From sequence record PQ451753.1: a DNA stretch of 64,000 nucleotides. One strand, 5' to 3'. Both the position numbers and the translations under genes were made by a program. This document shows, piece by piece, positions 35,611 through 45,833 of the stretch; positions within the stretch are counted from its first letter, which is position 1, and each line of letters opens with the position of its first letter. Under the pieces are notes generated by a model that was not told the DNA's origin, ran no database searches, and worked only from the letters and a program-made list of their open reading frames with translations.

Positions 35611-38600
35611 TTAAACGTCTCGCAGTCCAGCAAGTAAGAAGTTGCACTGCCCATTTTTCGTTAACGCTGCTGCGCCACCATCCGATTCCGTTTTGTATCG
35701 ACATTCGACATACATGTAACGGTCAAGCGTTAACATGTCTATACGTGAACCAGTAAGTACACGGTCGTTAATTACTGAACGTAATTGAAAGTTCAAACCA
35801 TCAATAGGGTCATCGACTGTTGAATTACCCAAAGAGTGCCAGCCTAAATACACATTCAGATATCGACAATGCGCCAAGAGTGGAAGTTCAGCATCATGAG
35901 CCACAGTACCTTGGGCAACTAGCAAGTTAACGCCATCACGCAATGATTGGTACACCCCTTTTGCAGTGATGTACTTCTCTTCCATATTACCCTCATCTGC
36001 GGCAATACAGTCAACGTATAGGGTTAATGCTTCAGACGTACCGATAGTTCCAGTATCGCTTGGATTACCCGCAAAACCGATAATGCCTGATTCTGCTGCC
36101 TTCTTAATGTTACCATTAACGTAACCTGCACCCATGACTTCACCATCACCGGAGAAAAGCTTGATGCCTTTACCGTATTGCTTCATATCAACACGCATGT
36201 CGAAGTCATTATCACGGAAAGCAAGGAACACATTTACTATGTCAATCTTAGAACTGATTTCCATAGCATCATGCTGATACTCGATGTCATACACAAAGCC
36301 GTCTGACGTTTCCCAGTAGGAGATAATCAGATAGTTACGTGCATGCTGTGGTGCCATCTTCCAGTTACCGACGTTCACGTGAGCGATAGAGCGTTCAAAA
36401 ACACCGTTCTTGTAAACACGAAGCCAAACCTGTTTCTCATCGTAAAAGCGTAATGAATGCATGATTACTAAGTCGTAGACATTACCCGCCTCATCTGAAT
36501 AAGAACCAATTAGGGTCATCCAGTTAGTAAGACCACGCGTACCCGTCTCACGATTGTCGTCAAGTATGTACGCCACCTTACGCTTACGAACACCATCTTC
36601 TAGTGTGTCTGAAACAAAGTTCGGATCGTTGAACTTGATGCGATGGTTACGCATTGCTAAATACTGAGTACCTGTCTGAACCCACGGCATGGTGATGATT
36701 ACACCATTACTTACTTCAATACCGTTGTTGTTAGACAGGCGTGGTTGTGTAACAACCTCATTAGCATGCTCAGGATTCCACGGTGTGTAGTATTCCCACT
36801 CATCAATACCGTTATGGCTTGCATCTGAGATTTGGCTCACTACCGGATAGTTCTTAATCAAGTCAAGACCTACCGTACTTGCATCACCTACCGCACCATC
36901 GCCGATGTGTGCAGTTGGGTCAGCCTCATGTTCTTCCAATTCACGGAACATACCTACAGAGGTTACACCATCAACCTGTAAGATACCGCCAACGTTATCA
37001 TCGTAGTTATGATGATCATTACCCGTTACAGCAGTCACGTTTTGAATATCACTAGCGCTACATTTAACCGTTGCAATATGCAAACGACCTGCCGCATTAG
37101 TAAGCTTCTCTTTATGTGCCGTGTAAGTAATGTTTGAACCGTCTACATTAATAAAGATGTAGAATGTTTCATTAACAAATGCACCCGGATATGCCGCAGC
37201 AATATCAACCACACCCGCAGGCACTTGGAAGCCAACCATCTCAGAGTAGTTAATACGGTTCATGTATAACTCAGCATTCGCAGGGAATGTGATTTTCAAA
37301 CCTGAACACGTTACATCTGCTGTAGGTTTCCAGTAACGAACATCCAATACGTCAGCAGGCAACTTCCCTTGTGAGGTTGTTGCAACGTCAACAATCTTGT
37401 TTGCGTAGTCTTGCACTAACTTAGGAGTTGCTACACTTGACTCAGACATATCTGCGATGTCTTCTGCGTGTGTAACCACACCTAGTGTAGTTTCAGTAGC
37501 ACGCTTTAGTTCAACACCTGTCAGGTCGTGGGTATGTTCACCATCTGAATACTGATCTAAAAGACGCTGTTGGTCAATCGAGATAGGCTTTTCAACATCA
37601 GACGTGTTATCCACATTACTAAGGTCGATATCATCCTTATCTAGGCTAAAGTTGCCCGTCATCGGATGACCGTTAACGACACGCGCTTTAGGGACTTTAG
37701 TTTCAGCATCTTTACGCATTACATTTAAAACATAAGGCGTTGGTGCTTGAGTGCGATTGTTTGCTGTACGTGAGTTAGTAAGACGAACGGTACCACGTTT
37801 CGTTAATGTGGCAACAGGTAATGTCAATCTTGCTTTTAACGGACTCCCTTCACGACCAGTGCCTTCCCACTTAACCGTTTCGGTATCTTCCGTCATAACA
37901 CGCATGCCAAGGTTACCCTTGTCTTTAAGCTTCTCTTTAACCGTACCGCCATGAATAACTTCATGACCATTATAGAGAATCTTATCCATTCTACGACCGT
38001 TACGTCCATTAGAAATGATTTCTAATACGTTAGCGCCTGCCATGAACTTAAGACTTTCACCAATCGACACCACATCGCTATCTGCCATAAAGGCAAGTAG
38101 GTCATCTGCACTGATTGTGATTTGACCACTGGATAGGTCAATGGATGTTGTACCGCTTTCACTACGGATGACAGCTTGACCATCTTTTAGAGTGAGTCGG
38201 TCATCATAAACCTGATCGCCAAACTTCGCTAAATACTTCGATACATCTGCTTCGGTAATACCGCGAGCATTGATGTAGTCTGCCAACTCAACCAGTGTCT
38301 TGTTATAAGCACGGAATGAATCAACAGCAGCCGCACCCTTTTCTAACGCACGTGCTTGTTTTGCAGTCGTCTCGTGAGGGTTCCCGTAATCAACGATATG
38401 ATTATCTTGGCGGAATTGATTGAGTAGACTATCTACCGAGTTAATTCTCGACATGAGGTCATTGACAGCGTCTGTGCCTGCATTCTCAATCGCTTCATCA
38501 ATAGCATCTGCTAAACCATCCAACTCATCAGCCACACCATCCTTATTCACGAAATCAGCATAGTGCTGCTCGTGCTTAGCAGGTGTAAAGTAAGCAGGTC

Positions 38601-39012
38601 GGTCGATAACCTTTTCAAACGGCGTCTTAACCGGATCGTTTAACGCATTAGCTAGATACGTCAGTACATTACTTCGAATACCAACGAAGTTACCACCAAC
38701 AGTACGATACTCAAGAATGAATTCCCCTTTTAACTGCGGGTTAATAAGTACAATACATCCAAACAAATCACGTTGAGCGATTTTCTTTGCAGAGAGAAGA
38801 CGGTAACCTAAGTTGTAGTCTTTCCCTTCTTTTAATTCTAACCCAGACTCAGCATGGATAATCGATAAGTCTGTGGTGTAGAACGGTGCCATCTCAGGCA
38901 CGATAACACGGTAGGTATTATCGTTAGTCAAGATAATGTGACTTTCATCCTGAATATGGCACTCATCCCTAGTACCTGCCGGGTCGTAGGGATAAGCGAC
39001 CATGATTGTCAT
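35611..39012 (-). CDS. tail fibre paralog (1133 aa) lacking the central beta-rich domain
   Basis: YPYDPAG anchor, NPHETTAKQ, IDLSNVDNTSD..KPIS, HTH, GLDLIKNYP. Confidence 0.8.
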   Translation of the reverse strand: MTIMVAYPYDPAGTRDECHIQDESHIILTNDNTYRVIVPEMAPFYTTDLSIIHAESGLELKEGKDYNLGYRLLSAKKIAQRDLFGCIVLINPQLKGEFILEYRTVGGNFVGIRSNVLTYLANALNDPVKTPFEKVIDRPAYFTPAKHEQHYADFVNKDGVADELDGLADAIDEAIENAGTDAVNDLMSRINSVDSLLNQFRQDNHIVDYGNPHETTAKQARALEKGAAAVDSFRAYNKTLVELADYINARGITEADVSKYLAKFGDQVYDDRLTLKDGQAVIRSESGTTSIDLSSGQITISADDLLAFMADSDVVSIGESLKFMAGANVLEIISNGRNGRRMDKILYNGHEVIHGGTVKEKLKDKGNLGMRVMTEDTETVKWEGTGREGSPLKARLTLPVATLTKRGTVRLTNSRTANNRTQAPTPYVLNVMRKDAETKVPKARVVNGHPMTGNFSLDKDDIDLSNVDNTSDVEKPISIDQQRLLDQYSDGEHTHDLTGVELKRATETTLGVVTHAEDIADMSESSVATPKLVQDYANKIVDVATTSQGKLPADVLDVRYWKPTADVTCSGLKITFPANAELYMNRINYSEMVGFQVPAGVVDIAAAYPGAFVNETFYIFINVDGSNITYTAHKEKLTNAAGRLHIATVKCSASDIQNVTAVTGNDHHNYDDNVGGILQVDGVTSVGMFRELEEHEADPTAHIGDGAVGDASTVGLDLIKNYPVVSQISDASHNGIDEWEYYTPWNPEHANEVVTQPRLSNNNGIEVSNGVIITMPWVQTGTQYLAMRNHRIKFNDPNFVSDTLEDGVRKRKVAYILDDNRETGTRGLTNWMTLIGSYSDEAGNVYDLVIMHSLRFYDEKQVWLRVYKNGVFERSIAHVNVGNWKMAPQHARNYLIISYWETSDGFVYDIEYQHDAMEISSKIDIVNVFLAFRDNDFDMRVDMKQYGKGIKLFSGDGEVMGAGYVNGNIKKAAESGIIGFAGNPSDTGTIGTSEALTLYVDCIAADEGNMEEKYITAKGVYQSLRDGVNLLVAQGTVAHDAELPLLAHCRYLNVYLGWHSLGNSTVDDPIDGLNFQLRSVINDRVLTGSRIDMLTLDRYMYVECRYKTESDGGAAALTKNGQCNFLLAGLRDV

Positions 39013-39027
39013 GTTTCACCTCGTTAA

Positions 39028-42000
39028 TTAAATCATTCGCACGTCATTGAAGAACGTAATGTTGTAACGCAATTTAGCTGTATAGAAACCACCAAGACCG
39101 TTACTACGGGCAGTGAATCGAATCACATCACCTACTCTTGCCGAAGTTATTTCAGCGGTAGATAGACCGCCATGTGAGTCACCAGAGTAATCGTAGTTAC
39201 ACCACGCCTGATAATTCAAGTCACGGTACTCCGCAGGGATAGGTACATCATACACATCGTTATCCGTACCATCACTCGTTGGCACTACTACGCCACTGAT
39301 TGTCTTCAATCGGTTAGACCAACCAAAGTTATCACGATATAGTTGCTGAGATGCGTAGTAGTTCTTACCATCTTCATCCGGTCGCATGATATTACGCCAT
39401 GTAGAGAACGGTTGAGACTGCGCACAGTAACCAAAACGAACCGCACCACGGAAGAGTGTTGCTAGCGCAGGATAGTTCTTAACGTCAAACTTAAACGTAC
39501 GTTCAGTTGCAGCATCCGTCATCATCTTAGTAATGTGTAAATCAAACACATCACCTCGACGTTTAATTGTCAGGATACGCTCTGGGATTTCATCCCAACC
39601 ATGTTTAAGCGACGTTGTGTGTGAATACAACGTTTCCTGACCACGTGTAGCGCCCTGCCCCCAGTTGTAATAGACCGCGAAGTGTACGTCGCGTGTATCT
39701 GTACCAGAACACAGTGCTGTTAGCGTGTGTTCTACGCCATCTTTAACCACCATCGCAAAGATAACACCAACCCAGTCATCATCCGCACTGGTTGACGATA
39801 GACCTGTAATAAAGTCATAGTCACCTACTTCAACATCTTCAGGCGATACCATACCAACAAGCGATGAGCTGTTTGTTGTGTTACGGATTGCGTCAGTTGC
39901 TTCATCGTAAGTCCACGTTGTGGTTTCAGCAGGGATAGCAGGATACGGTTTCTCACCTTGGTGCGATAAACGATACCAACTATTAAATACGTCTTTAAAC
40001 GTAGGGATAACCAATGTGTGACGAATGTCTTTGTTTTCAATCAGACCTAGACCAATGTCATCGGTTGTTACCTGAGACAAATCAAGACCGTGTGGTTTAG
40101 GGTCGTTCAAGTGTTCAGTGAACTCTCGGAAGTCACCTAGACGTGTTGCACGGTTTACTTGTAGGTCGACAATCTTCTCGTCGGTGGTTCTACAGTAACC
40201 GATGTAGATTTCGGTAGAGCTATCTGTTTCGTATTGCTCCTTAATAACGTACTTGGCAGTACCGCCTTCAACAGACGCGTAGATGTAAAACGTATTTGAC
40301 TTATATGTAGACGGGAATAACGTCGATAAGTCTAAGCCCGTTTCAGGGATCAAGAATCGTGTACTATTGATGAAGAATTGTACTTCTTGTGTAAAGTAGA
40401 CAACCCAACCCTCTGCAACCTGAGAGGTGTGCAGTACTACATTATCTTTGTAGTAATCTTTACTCGCGTAATACTTCTCCCAGTCGGCGGATGTTTTACC
40501 GATATGACGAGCCGTTACAGCAGTAAATGAGTTGTGTTGAATCGGCACTACCAGACCATACTCTCTAGTGATCAGCATACCCGTGGCACGGTAACTGTAC
40601 ACAGCAGTGTTGTGTTTCATCGCAGCAGTTGACTCACTACCTGAGTAATCAATTTCTACCAAGTACGAACGAACGTGACTTGAGTAGTAATACGCACAGT
40701 TAGTGTTCAACACCATGATCATCTTCTTAGACTGCTCATCAATAAGCAACCCACTATTAGGGAGATAATCACGCGGTGCTGCGTATGATGCATAACGACC
40801 AACACCATCGCCGTAACCTAACACGTCTTTAACACGGAAGTTACCGATACTACCACTTCTAGGGACATCTTCTAACGTACCAATGCGGTTAATGCTTCGT
40901 GACGCACCATCACTCACTTTCTTGAAGCGACCTACTGCTGTCCACATAGGTGGAACACGTGTATCTGGAAGCACATACACAACGACATCGATACCTTCCA
41001 ACGTATCACCATTAGCATCTTGGGCAAAGACTGATTCAAGTGCTTGGGATAACGCATTCAAATGGTCTGCTGTTGTTGAGATAGTGCCTGACGTGTTATG
41101 TGCTTTATCCATCGTCGTCCAAGACGATAAGTTAGCCAAATGCAGGATACCGCCATATGCACCTTCAACATTACCACCGTCAGTGTAATAAACGTTGTGA
41201 CGATACTTACGCCAGTTTCCATCATACGTACGGTCTACATGTGGGCCAAAGCCTTCCATACCGTTTGCAAACGTATAGCCAGGAACATACTTACACAAGT
41301 TCCACCCACTGTAGGTATGTAGATAGTTGTTAGGTAAGATTGAGATATGTCGTTGCATTACACCAACGATACTACCAAAGTTACCTGTTAGACTACGGCT
41401 ACTACCAATCCCTGCAATAGAACGCGTATCAGCACGCAGCGATTCGAAGTAATCTACAGCATCAAAGGTTTGTGCTCGGATTGACGGCGTTGCTTCGTTA
41501 TAGGTTTGCCACACCGCGACATACTTGCCATCCGTTAACTCGCCCGCACCTATATTACCACTGTTAGCTGAACCCATGCTCTGGGAGTTACCCACTAACA
41601 CATCACCTGCATAACTACCGTGTGTATTAAACGTATATGGCAGAGTACGTCCCGGATCAATAGTTAGTCGGTTAGTGTCTAAGTTGATGACGACACTGTA
41701 TGACCAGTTACAGCGAGATGAGTTAAACGATGATGATTCATACGAGTTCATCTTAGCAAAGATACGTAACTGATTGCCTTTAACAGCAACGGCAAGACCG
41801 ATGTTGTTCCAACGTGGATTCATACTGTAGCGATCATCTTTACGAATACAGATAACTTCAGCATTTGGATCATCACTCCAGTCACCTGAAACCAACTTAA
41901 GTGGCGCACCCGTCTTCTCATTACCGAAGAAGTCACGTCCGGTCATATTCACAACTTGGAAGTTTGCAACACCGAATGAATCAAAGTCTGAAATAGGCGC

Positions 42001-44172
42001 ACGGTACAACGTATGTTTGATACCATGACCAGAACCCACCCAAGTACCAACGACGTAAACGAAGTTGTTGTAAATGAACGGGATAGTTTCAGTAATTTCC
42101 ATTCCAGTTGGCATCAACGCAATCGAGTGGTTCTCACCATTACCTGAGTTGTTGTAAAGAACAATTGCACCACGCTGTTCACCCGCATCATCCTGAACAC
42201 GAACATACATGCCGTCACGTGAACTACGTAAACAGTATAACACACTCCAGTCTTCTGGCAATTTAGCAGGATGATATTTCGTTGCAGTTGCTACGTAATC
42301 AACCATACTACCATCACTTAAGAAAGTAGCATAAGCGTAGAAGATACCTTGAGTTACTAAGTCGTAACCGTTACGATAAATGATACACTTACCATCTTCT
42401 TCTACAAATCCTGCCATTTGACGAGCATTCTGGAAGTGACCAGAACCCTCATATGAACCTTGTACCGGAACAGGCAACCAGTGGTTACCGCCGTACTGAG
42501 TGATATCGATTACATCATCTGGTAAACGTTGACTTGCTGTAAAGTCCAAGTCAAGGACGTCAGCGTACAGTTCTGCCAACTTAGGACCTGAGAACGCACG
42601 GTCAGTTGCTTTCGACGTAGGGTCGTCTTCAATGAATGTGATACCAAACGTACCTTCAGTTGCACGAACAAAGCCCATCTCTTCGAAAGAGTGACTGTGG
42701 TCACCTGATGCTTTATTAGCTAACTGGTTAGTATGGTTCTGGTTAACAGGCATGTTGATGTCTGCTAAGTCATCTACCGCACTTAGACCAAAGTGTGACT
42801 TATCTAAATTGATATCTCTATCAAGACGCACACCGTTGATCTTAACTGTGTTTGGTACTTTCTGCTTAATCTTAGCATCAACTTTAAAAGCACCTTCACT
42901 GAATGCAACTTTATCAGGTTGGTCTTTAGTCTCATCGACCGTACCTTCCTCCATACCCTGAACTGACTCAGTAGCTAGAGGTACAAGCGCATTCGCCTTA
43001 ACAGGATCGTTATCAATACCCTTACCTTGGAAGTCTAACGTATCAGAGTCCTTAGTCTGGATATCAATCACATGAGTCCCAACATTCGGGATATGCTCTT
43101 CTAGGTTGCCATCGTGAACAATCACCTTATCGTTAATACGTAGGTCATTGTCCGTCTGACTACCACCACGTGAAGTCACTGACAATTCCACAGCACCTGA
43201 TTTAAGCACCGCTTTAGCACCCGGACTGTTCTTGTCCTTATCTGCATGAATTAACACATCAGATATCGCATCAAAACTCACGTTACCGTTTGACATGTTA
43301 ATACGAAGATATGCACTATTCCCATGCTGAAACTCAATTGCTAGCAGACCATCTTTAAGAACGACATCACCTACTACAGTGTTGCCGTCACTACGCTTAA
43401 CGTAGTTGTCTAAGTCAGTCTGTGTAATGCCACGTGAGTTTACATAATCGGCCAGTTGATTAATCGTCATGTTTGCTACTTTAGCTGTATCTTTAGCGAT
43501 ACCTGCCTCATGCAAAGCTTCTGACTCAAACCACACCTCACCGTGAGGGTTAGCCTTGTTGGTCTGGTGTGTACGTAACGGCGACTCATCTACAACCTTT
43601 TTCAGTTGGTTAAACCAATCGTCTAACAACATGTACATGTCATTTGTGGTTTGGTCTTTATTACGCACTACATCAGCAATTTCACGAATTGAAGTCTGAA
43701 CGTCTGCTTCATCTACGAAAGCATCGCGGTCAAACTGTAGGTCAACTGGTGGGAACACAGGATCGTCATTAATGACTTCTTCCCATGTTGCGTGTTGTGG
43801 ATCACTTTGACGATTTGCTAGGTAGTCGTCAATGATTGAACGTTGTACAGGGAACTTACCGCCAAGTGTGCGATATTTAACTGTTACGGTTCCTGAAAGT
43901 TTTGGGTTGACAATCCAAATACCGCTATACATCAACTTACCAGTACGCTCAATACCAGTGAAGTATTTATGCGATAGGTAGTAGTCAACACCCATAAGCA
44001 ACAGCTTGTTGTTGCATTTCACTACAAGTTCAGTGTCTTCAAAGAACGGTGCGAAGTTAGGGATAATGACACGATACGGTGACATGGACGCACTCAGCAC
44101 ATGTGCTTCATCACGTACGATGTTGTCATCGTTAGCAGCATGTGGGTCAAACGCATACGCAAACTGTGGCAT
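39028..44172 (-). CDS. giant tail fibre / receptor-binding protein (1714 aa)
   Basis: Colinear paralog of 30380-35527 (DITQYGG..WLPVPVQGSYEG; SQVAEGWVVYFTQE; TFKDVFNSWYRLSH). Confidence 0.8.
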   Translation of the reverse strand: MPQFAYAFDPHAANDDNIVRDEAHVLSASMSPYRVIIPNFAPFFEDTELVVKCNNKLLLMGVDYYLSHKYFTGIERTGKLMYSGIWIVNPKLSGTVTVKYRTLGGKFPVQRSIIDDYLANRQSDPQHATWEEVINDDPVFPPVDLQFDRDAFVDEADVQTSIREIADVVRNKDQTTNDMYMLLDDWFNQLKKVVDESPLRTHQTNKANPHGEVWFESEALHEAGIAKDTAKVANMTINQLADYVNSRGITQTDLDNYVKRSDGNTVVGDVVLKDGLLAIEFQHGNSAYLRINMSNGNVSFDAISDVLIHADKDKNSPGAKAVLKSGAVELSVTSRGGSQTDNDLRINDKVIVHDGNLEEHIPNVGTHVIDIQTKDSDTLDFQGKGIDNDPVKANALVPLATESVQGMEEGTVDETKDQPDKVAFSEGAFKVDAKIKQKVPNTVKINGVRLDRDINLDKSHFGLSAVDDLADINMPVNQNHTNQLANKASGDHSHSFEEMGFVRATEGTFGITFIEDDPTSKATDRAFSGPKLAELYADVLDLDFTASQRLPDDVIDITQYGGNHWLPVPVQGSYEGSGHFQNARQMAGFVEEDGKCIIYRNGYDLVTQGIFYAYATFLSDGSMVDYVATATKYHPAKLPEDWSVLYCLRSSRDGMYVRVQDDAGEQRGAIVLYNNSGNGENHSIALMPTGMEITETIPFIYNNFVYVVGTWVGSGHGIKHTLYRAPISDFDSFGVANFQVVNMTGRDFFGNEKTGAPLKLVSGDWSDDPNAEVICIRKDDRYSMNPRWNNIGLAVAVKGNQLRIFAKMNSYESSSFNSSRCNWSYSVVINLDTNRLTIDPGRTLPYTFNTHGSYAGDVLVGNSQSMGSANSGNIGAGELTDGKYVAVWQTYNEATPSIRAQTFDAVDYFESLRADTRSIAGIGSSRSLTGNFGSIVGVMQRHISILPNNYLHTYSGWNLCKYVPGYTFANGMEGFGPHVDRTYDGNWRKYRHNVYYTDGGNVEGAYGGILHLANLSSWTTMDKAHNTSGTISTTADHLNALSQALESVFAQDANGDTLEGIDVVVYVLPDTRVPPMWTAVGRFKKVSDGASRSINRIGTLEDVPRSGSIGNFRVKDVLGYGDGVGRYASYAAPRDYLPNSGLLIDEQSKKMIMVLNTNCAYYYSSHVRSYLVEIDYSGSESTAAMKHNTAVYSYRATGMLITREYGLVVPIQHNSFTAVTARHIGKTSADWEKYYASKDYYKDNVVLHTSQVAEGWVVYFTQEVQFFINSTRFLIPETGLDLSTLFPSTYKSNTFYIYASVEGGTAKYVIKEQYETDSSTEIYIGYCRTTDEKIVDLQVNRATRLGDFREFTEHLNDPKPHGLDLSQVTTDDIGLGLIENKDIRHTLVIPTFKDVFNSWYRLSHQGEKPYPAIPAETTTWTYDEATDAIRNTTNSSSLVGMVSPEDVEVGDYDFITGLSSTSADDDWVGVIFAMVVKDGVEHTLTALCSGTDTRDVHFAVYYNWGQGATRGQETLYSHTTSLKHGWDEIPERILTIKRRGDVFDLHITKMMTDAATERTFKFDVKNYPALATLFRGAVRFGYCAQSQPFSTWRNIMRPDEDGKNYYASQQLYRDNFGWSNRLKTISGVVVPTSDGTDNDVYDVPIPAEYRDLNYQAWCNYDYSGDSHGGLSTAEITSARVGDVIRFTARSNGLGGFYTAKLRYNITFFNDVRMI

Positions 44173-44236
44173 TGTTTTTACCTCATGTGTTAATAAAATT
44201 CGTTAGAAACCAGTCACGTGTCGGACTGGCTTATAG

Positions 44237-44247
44237 TCATAGTATGA
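44237..44247. promoter_or_regulatory. back-to-back TATG late-promoter motifs (TCATA-G-TATGA)
   Basis: Interrupted palindrome gives TATG on both strands between divergent structural genes; TATG is the phiKZ late-promoter consensus. Confidence 0.5.
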
Positions 44248-44275
44248 ACGACTCAGTATTAATAGGAGCAACCAT

Positions 44276-45514
44276 ATGTCCAGCCATTACACACTGGCAC
44301 CGACTCCAGCATTTGCCAAAACAAAAGATACGAATCGCTGGATTGAAGTTGATATTTCCGATAAGCCGCTTAAGGATTTATTTGCCCTTTACCGTAAGGT
44401 AGAGGTACCAGTCTTCGACTTCTTTGGTAAAGCGCTGACGCTTTACATTCATGATTACGAACACGAACTAATGAATCGTGATTACACGTTGTCAAGTTGG
44501 TTTGAACGAATCGGTGATCGTCGCCTTAACCTAACTGACGGACATCCTAAGTTAACGTTCTCTTACGTTAACTACGTTCCAGTCAACTACCACACCTCAA
44601 CAGTTAAACCTGCTAAGGCAGGCTACCATCCATCACAACAAGTTGCATTAGAAGACTACGACGATTTGATTATCGACATCGAGGGTTACGACCCGAACTA
44701 TGTCGCTAAACATTGTCTATTCAGTGTGAATGGGTTTGTGTTCCCATCTAAGTATCAGAACTACGGTGTTCGTGTTTTACATGCAGCAGATGCTGTACGT
44801 GATAGCACTAACATGGAAGCCGGTTTCTTAAACTTTGAAAAGGTAGGTGCCATCAAACAAGTGCCCATCACTAAGAACATGATTACTAAAGTCGACGACA
44901 GTAAAACATGGTTCGACCGTATCACAATTGATACTACTGAATACATTGGCAATAAAACCGTCGGTATCGTCCTTGGTGGCTATTTACACTTACTTGATGG
45001 ATTGGTTAAGGTTATCGGTCCAAACACGCTCTCGATGTCAATGCGTAACTATAATCTACGCGAACGTGTCATAAACTCAATGAAAGAGTTAGACTTGGAG
45101 TTCATGGGGCTAGACCAAGTAAACAACAGTGTACCTCTCAATGAATTCTTAAACGAGCAGAATGTAATTGATTACCTTACCAGTAAATATAGCTTTCTGG
45201 TTTTAATTGACAACTGCGAGATGAGCGTCGATTATGAAGGTGTATCTAAGTCGGCTATGTTGGGTACGTACATCATTACTAAAGACAACCGCTTAGGTCG
45301 TCTAGTTGACCACATTGGTAAAGGTTTAGATTACTGGCCTAACTACGAATGCGGACAATGGGCATTAAAGACTACACGTTTTAATGTTGCATCAGACTTG
45401 CATGAAACAAACGGATGGGAAAAGCTCACTCGCATTAACGATGCTGCGATTGGACATAAGCCAACCGAAGAGTTACAAGTTAGAATGATTAACTATTTTG
45501 GTCGAGACAAATAA
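44276..45514 (+). CDS. phiKZ-like virion (baseplate) structural protein
   Basis: 412-aa ORF, SD AGGAG, TATG upstream, tail-module context; CLFSVNGF and VLGGYLH motifs recalled from jumbo-phage structural proteins. Confidence 0.6.
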   Translation: MSSHYTLAPTPAFAKTKDTNRWIEVDISDKPLKDLFALYRKVEVPVFDFFGKALTLYIHDYEHELMNRDYTLSSWFERIGDRRLNLTDGHPKLTFSYVNYVPVNYHTSTVKPAKAGYHPSQQVALEDYDDLIIDIEGYDPNYVAKHCLFSVNGFVFPSKYQNYGVRVLHAADAVRDSTNMEAGFLNFEKVGAIKQVPITKNMITKVDDSKTWFDRITIDTTEYIGNKTVGIVLGGYLHLLDGLVKVIGPNTLSMSMRNYNLRERVINSMKELDLEFMGLDQVNNSVPLNEFLNEQNVIDYLTSKYSFLVLIDNCEMSVDYEGVSKSAMLGTYIITKDNRLGRLVDHIGKGLDYWPNYECGQWALKTTRFNVASDLHETNGWEKLTRINDAAIGHKPTEELQVRMINYFGRDK

Positions 45515-45559
45515 AAAAGTTGGAGAGAGGGTTTAGCCCTCTCCCTCTTTTATTTTTTT
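45505..45559. terminator. bidirectional terminator
   Basis: ACAAATAAAAAA, GAGAGGG-TTTAG-CCCTCTC, TTTTATTTTTTT. Confidence 0.85.
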
Positions 45560-45720
45560 GGATCTCCCTTTCCTCTCTTCCTTTCTCCTTTCCTTAACAA
45601 ACCTTACCTCTATCCATCTCTCCTATCCCTCACGCGCGCCTCCAGTCGCGCTCTCCCACACAGGAGAGCCCTCCCAAGGAACCGCTTCAAGGCCGCTATT
45701 AAATAGACGTCTGAGTTAAA
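45505..45720 (-). ncRNA. candidate GGA-repeat small RNA (CsrB/RsmY-like CsrA sponge)
   Basis: 12 GGA motifs on the - strand within 45542-45674, mostly A(N)GGA, one in a hairpin loop; no credible ORF; ends in an intrinsic terminator. Confidence 0.4.
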
Positions 45721-45754
45721 ATTTACTGTATATATTTTATACAGGGATTTTAAC

Positions 45755-45806
45755 GGCTTTAACTCTATGAATAATAAAGACTATTTTCATAGATAAAGTT
45801 AAAGCC
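45755..45806. other. long imperfect inverted repeat
   Basis: GGCTTTAACT/AGTTAAAGCC (10 bp) plus CTATGAA/TTCATAG (7 bp). Confidence 0.8.
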
Positions 45807-45833
45807 TAATTTGATCTGTATTTTAGAGAGTAT

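Noticed and set aside
30380-44172. Diversity-generating retroelement acting on the fibre tips
   Set aside because: No reverse transcriptase in the window and no near-identical template/variable repeat pair differing only at adenines; the paralogs are highly diverged in DNA
45558-45719. 53-codon + strand ORF (LDLPFLSS...) across the pyrimidine tract
   Set aside because: TTG start inside the terminator T-tract, no SD, and low-complexity composition explained by the nucleotide skew
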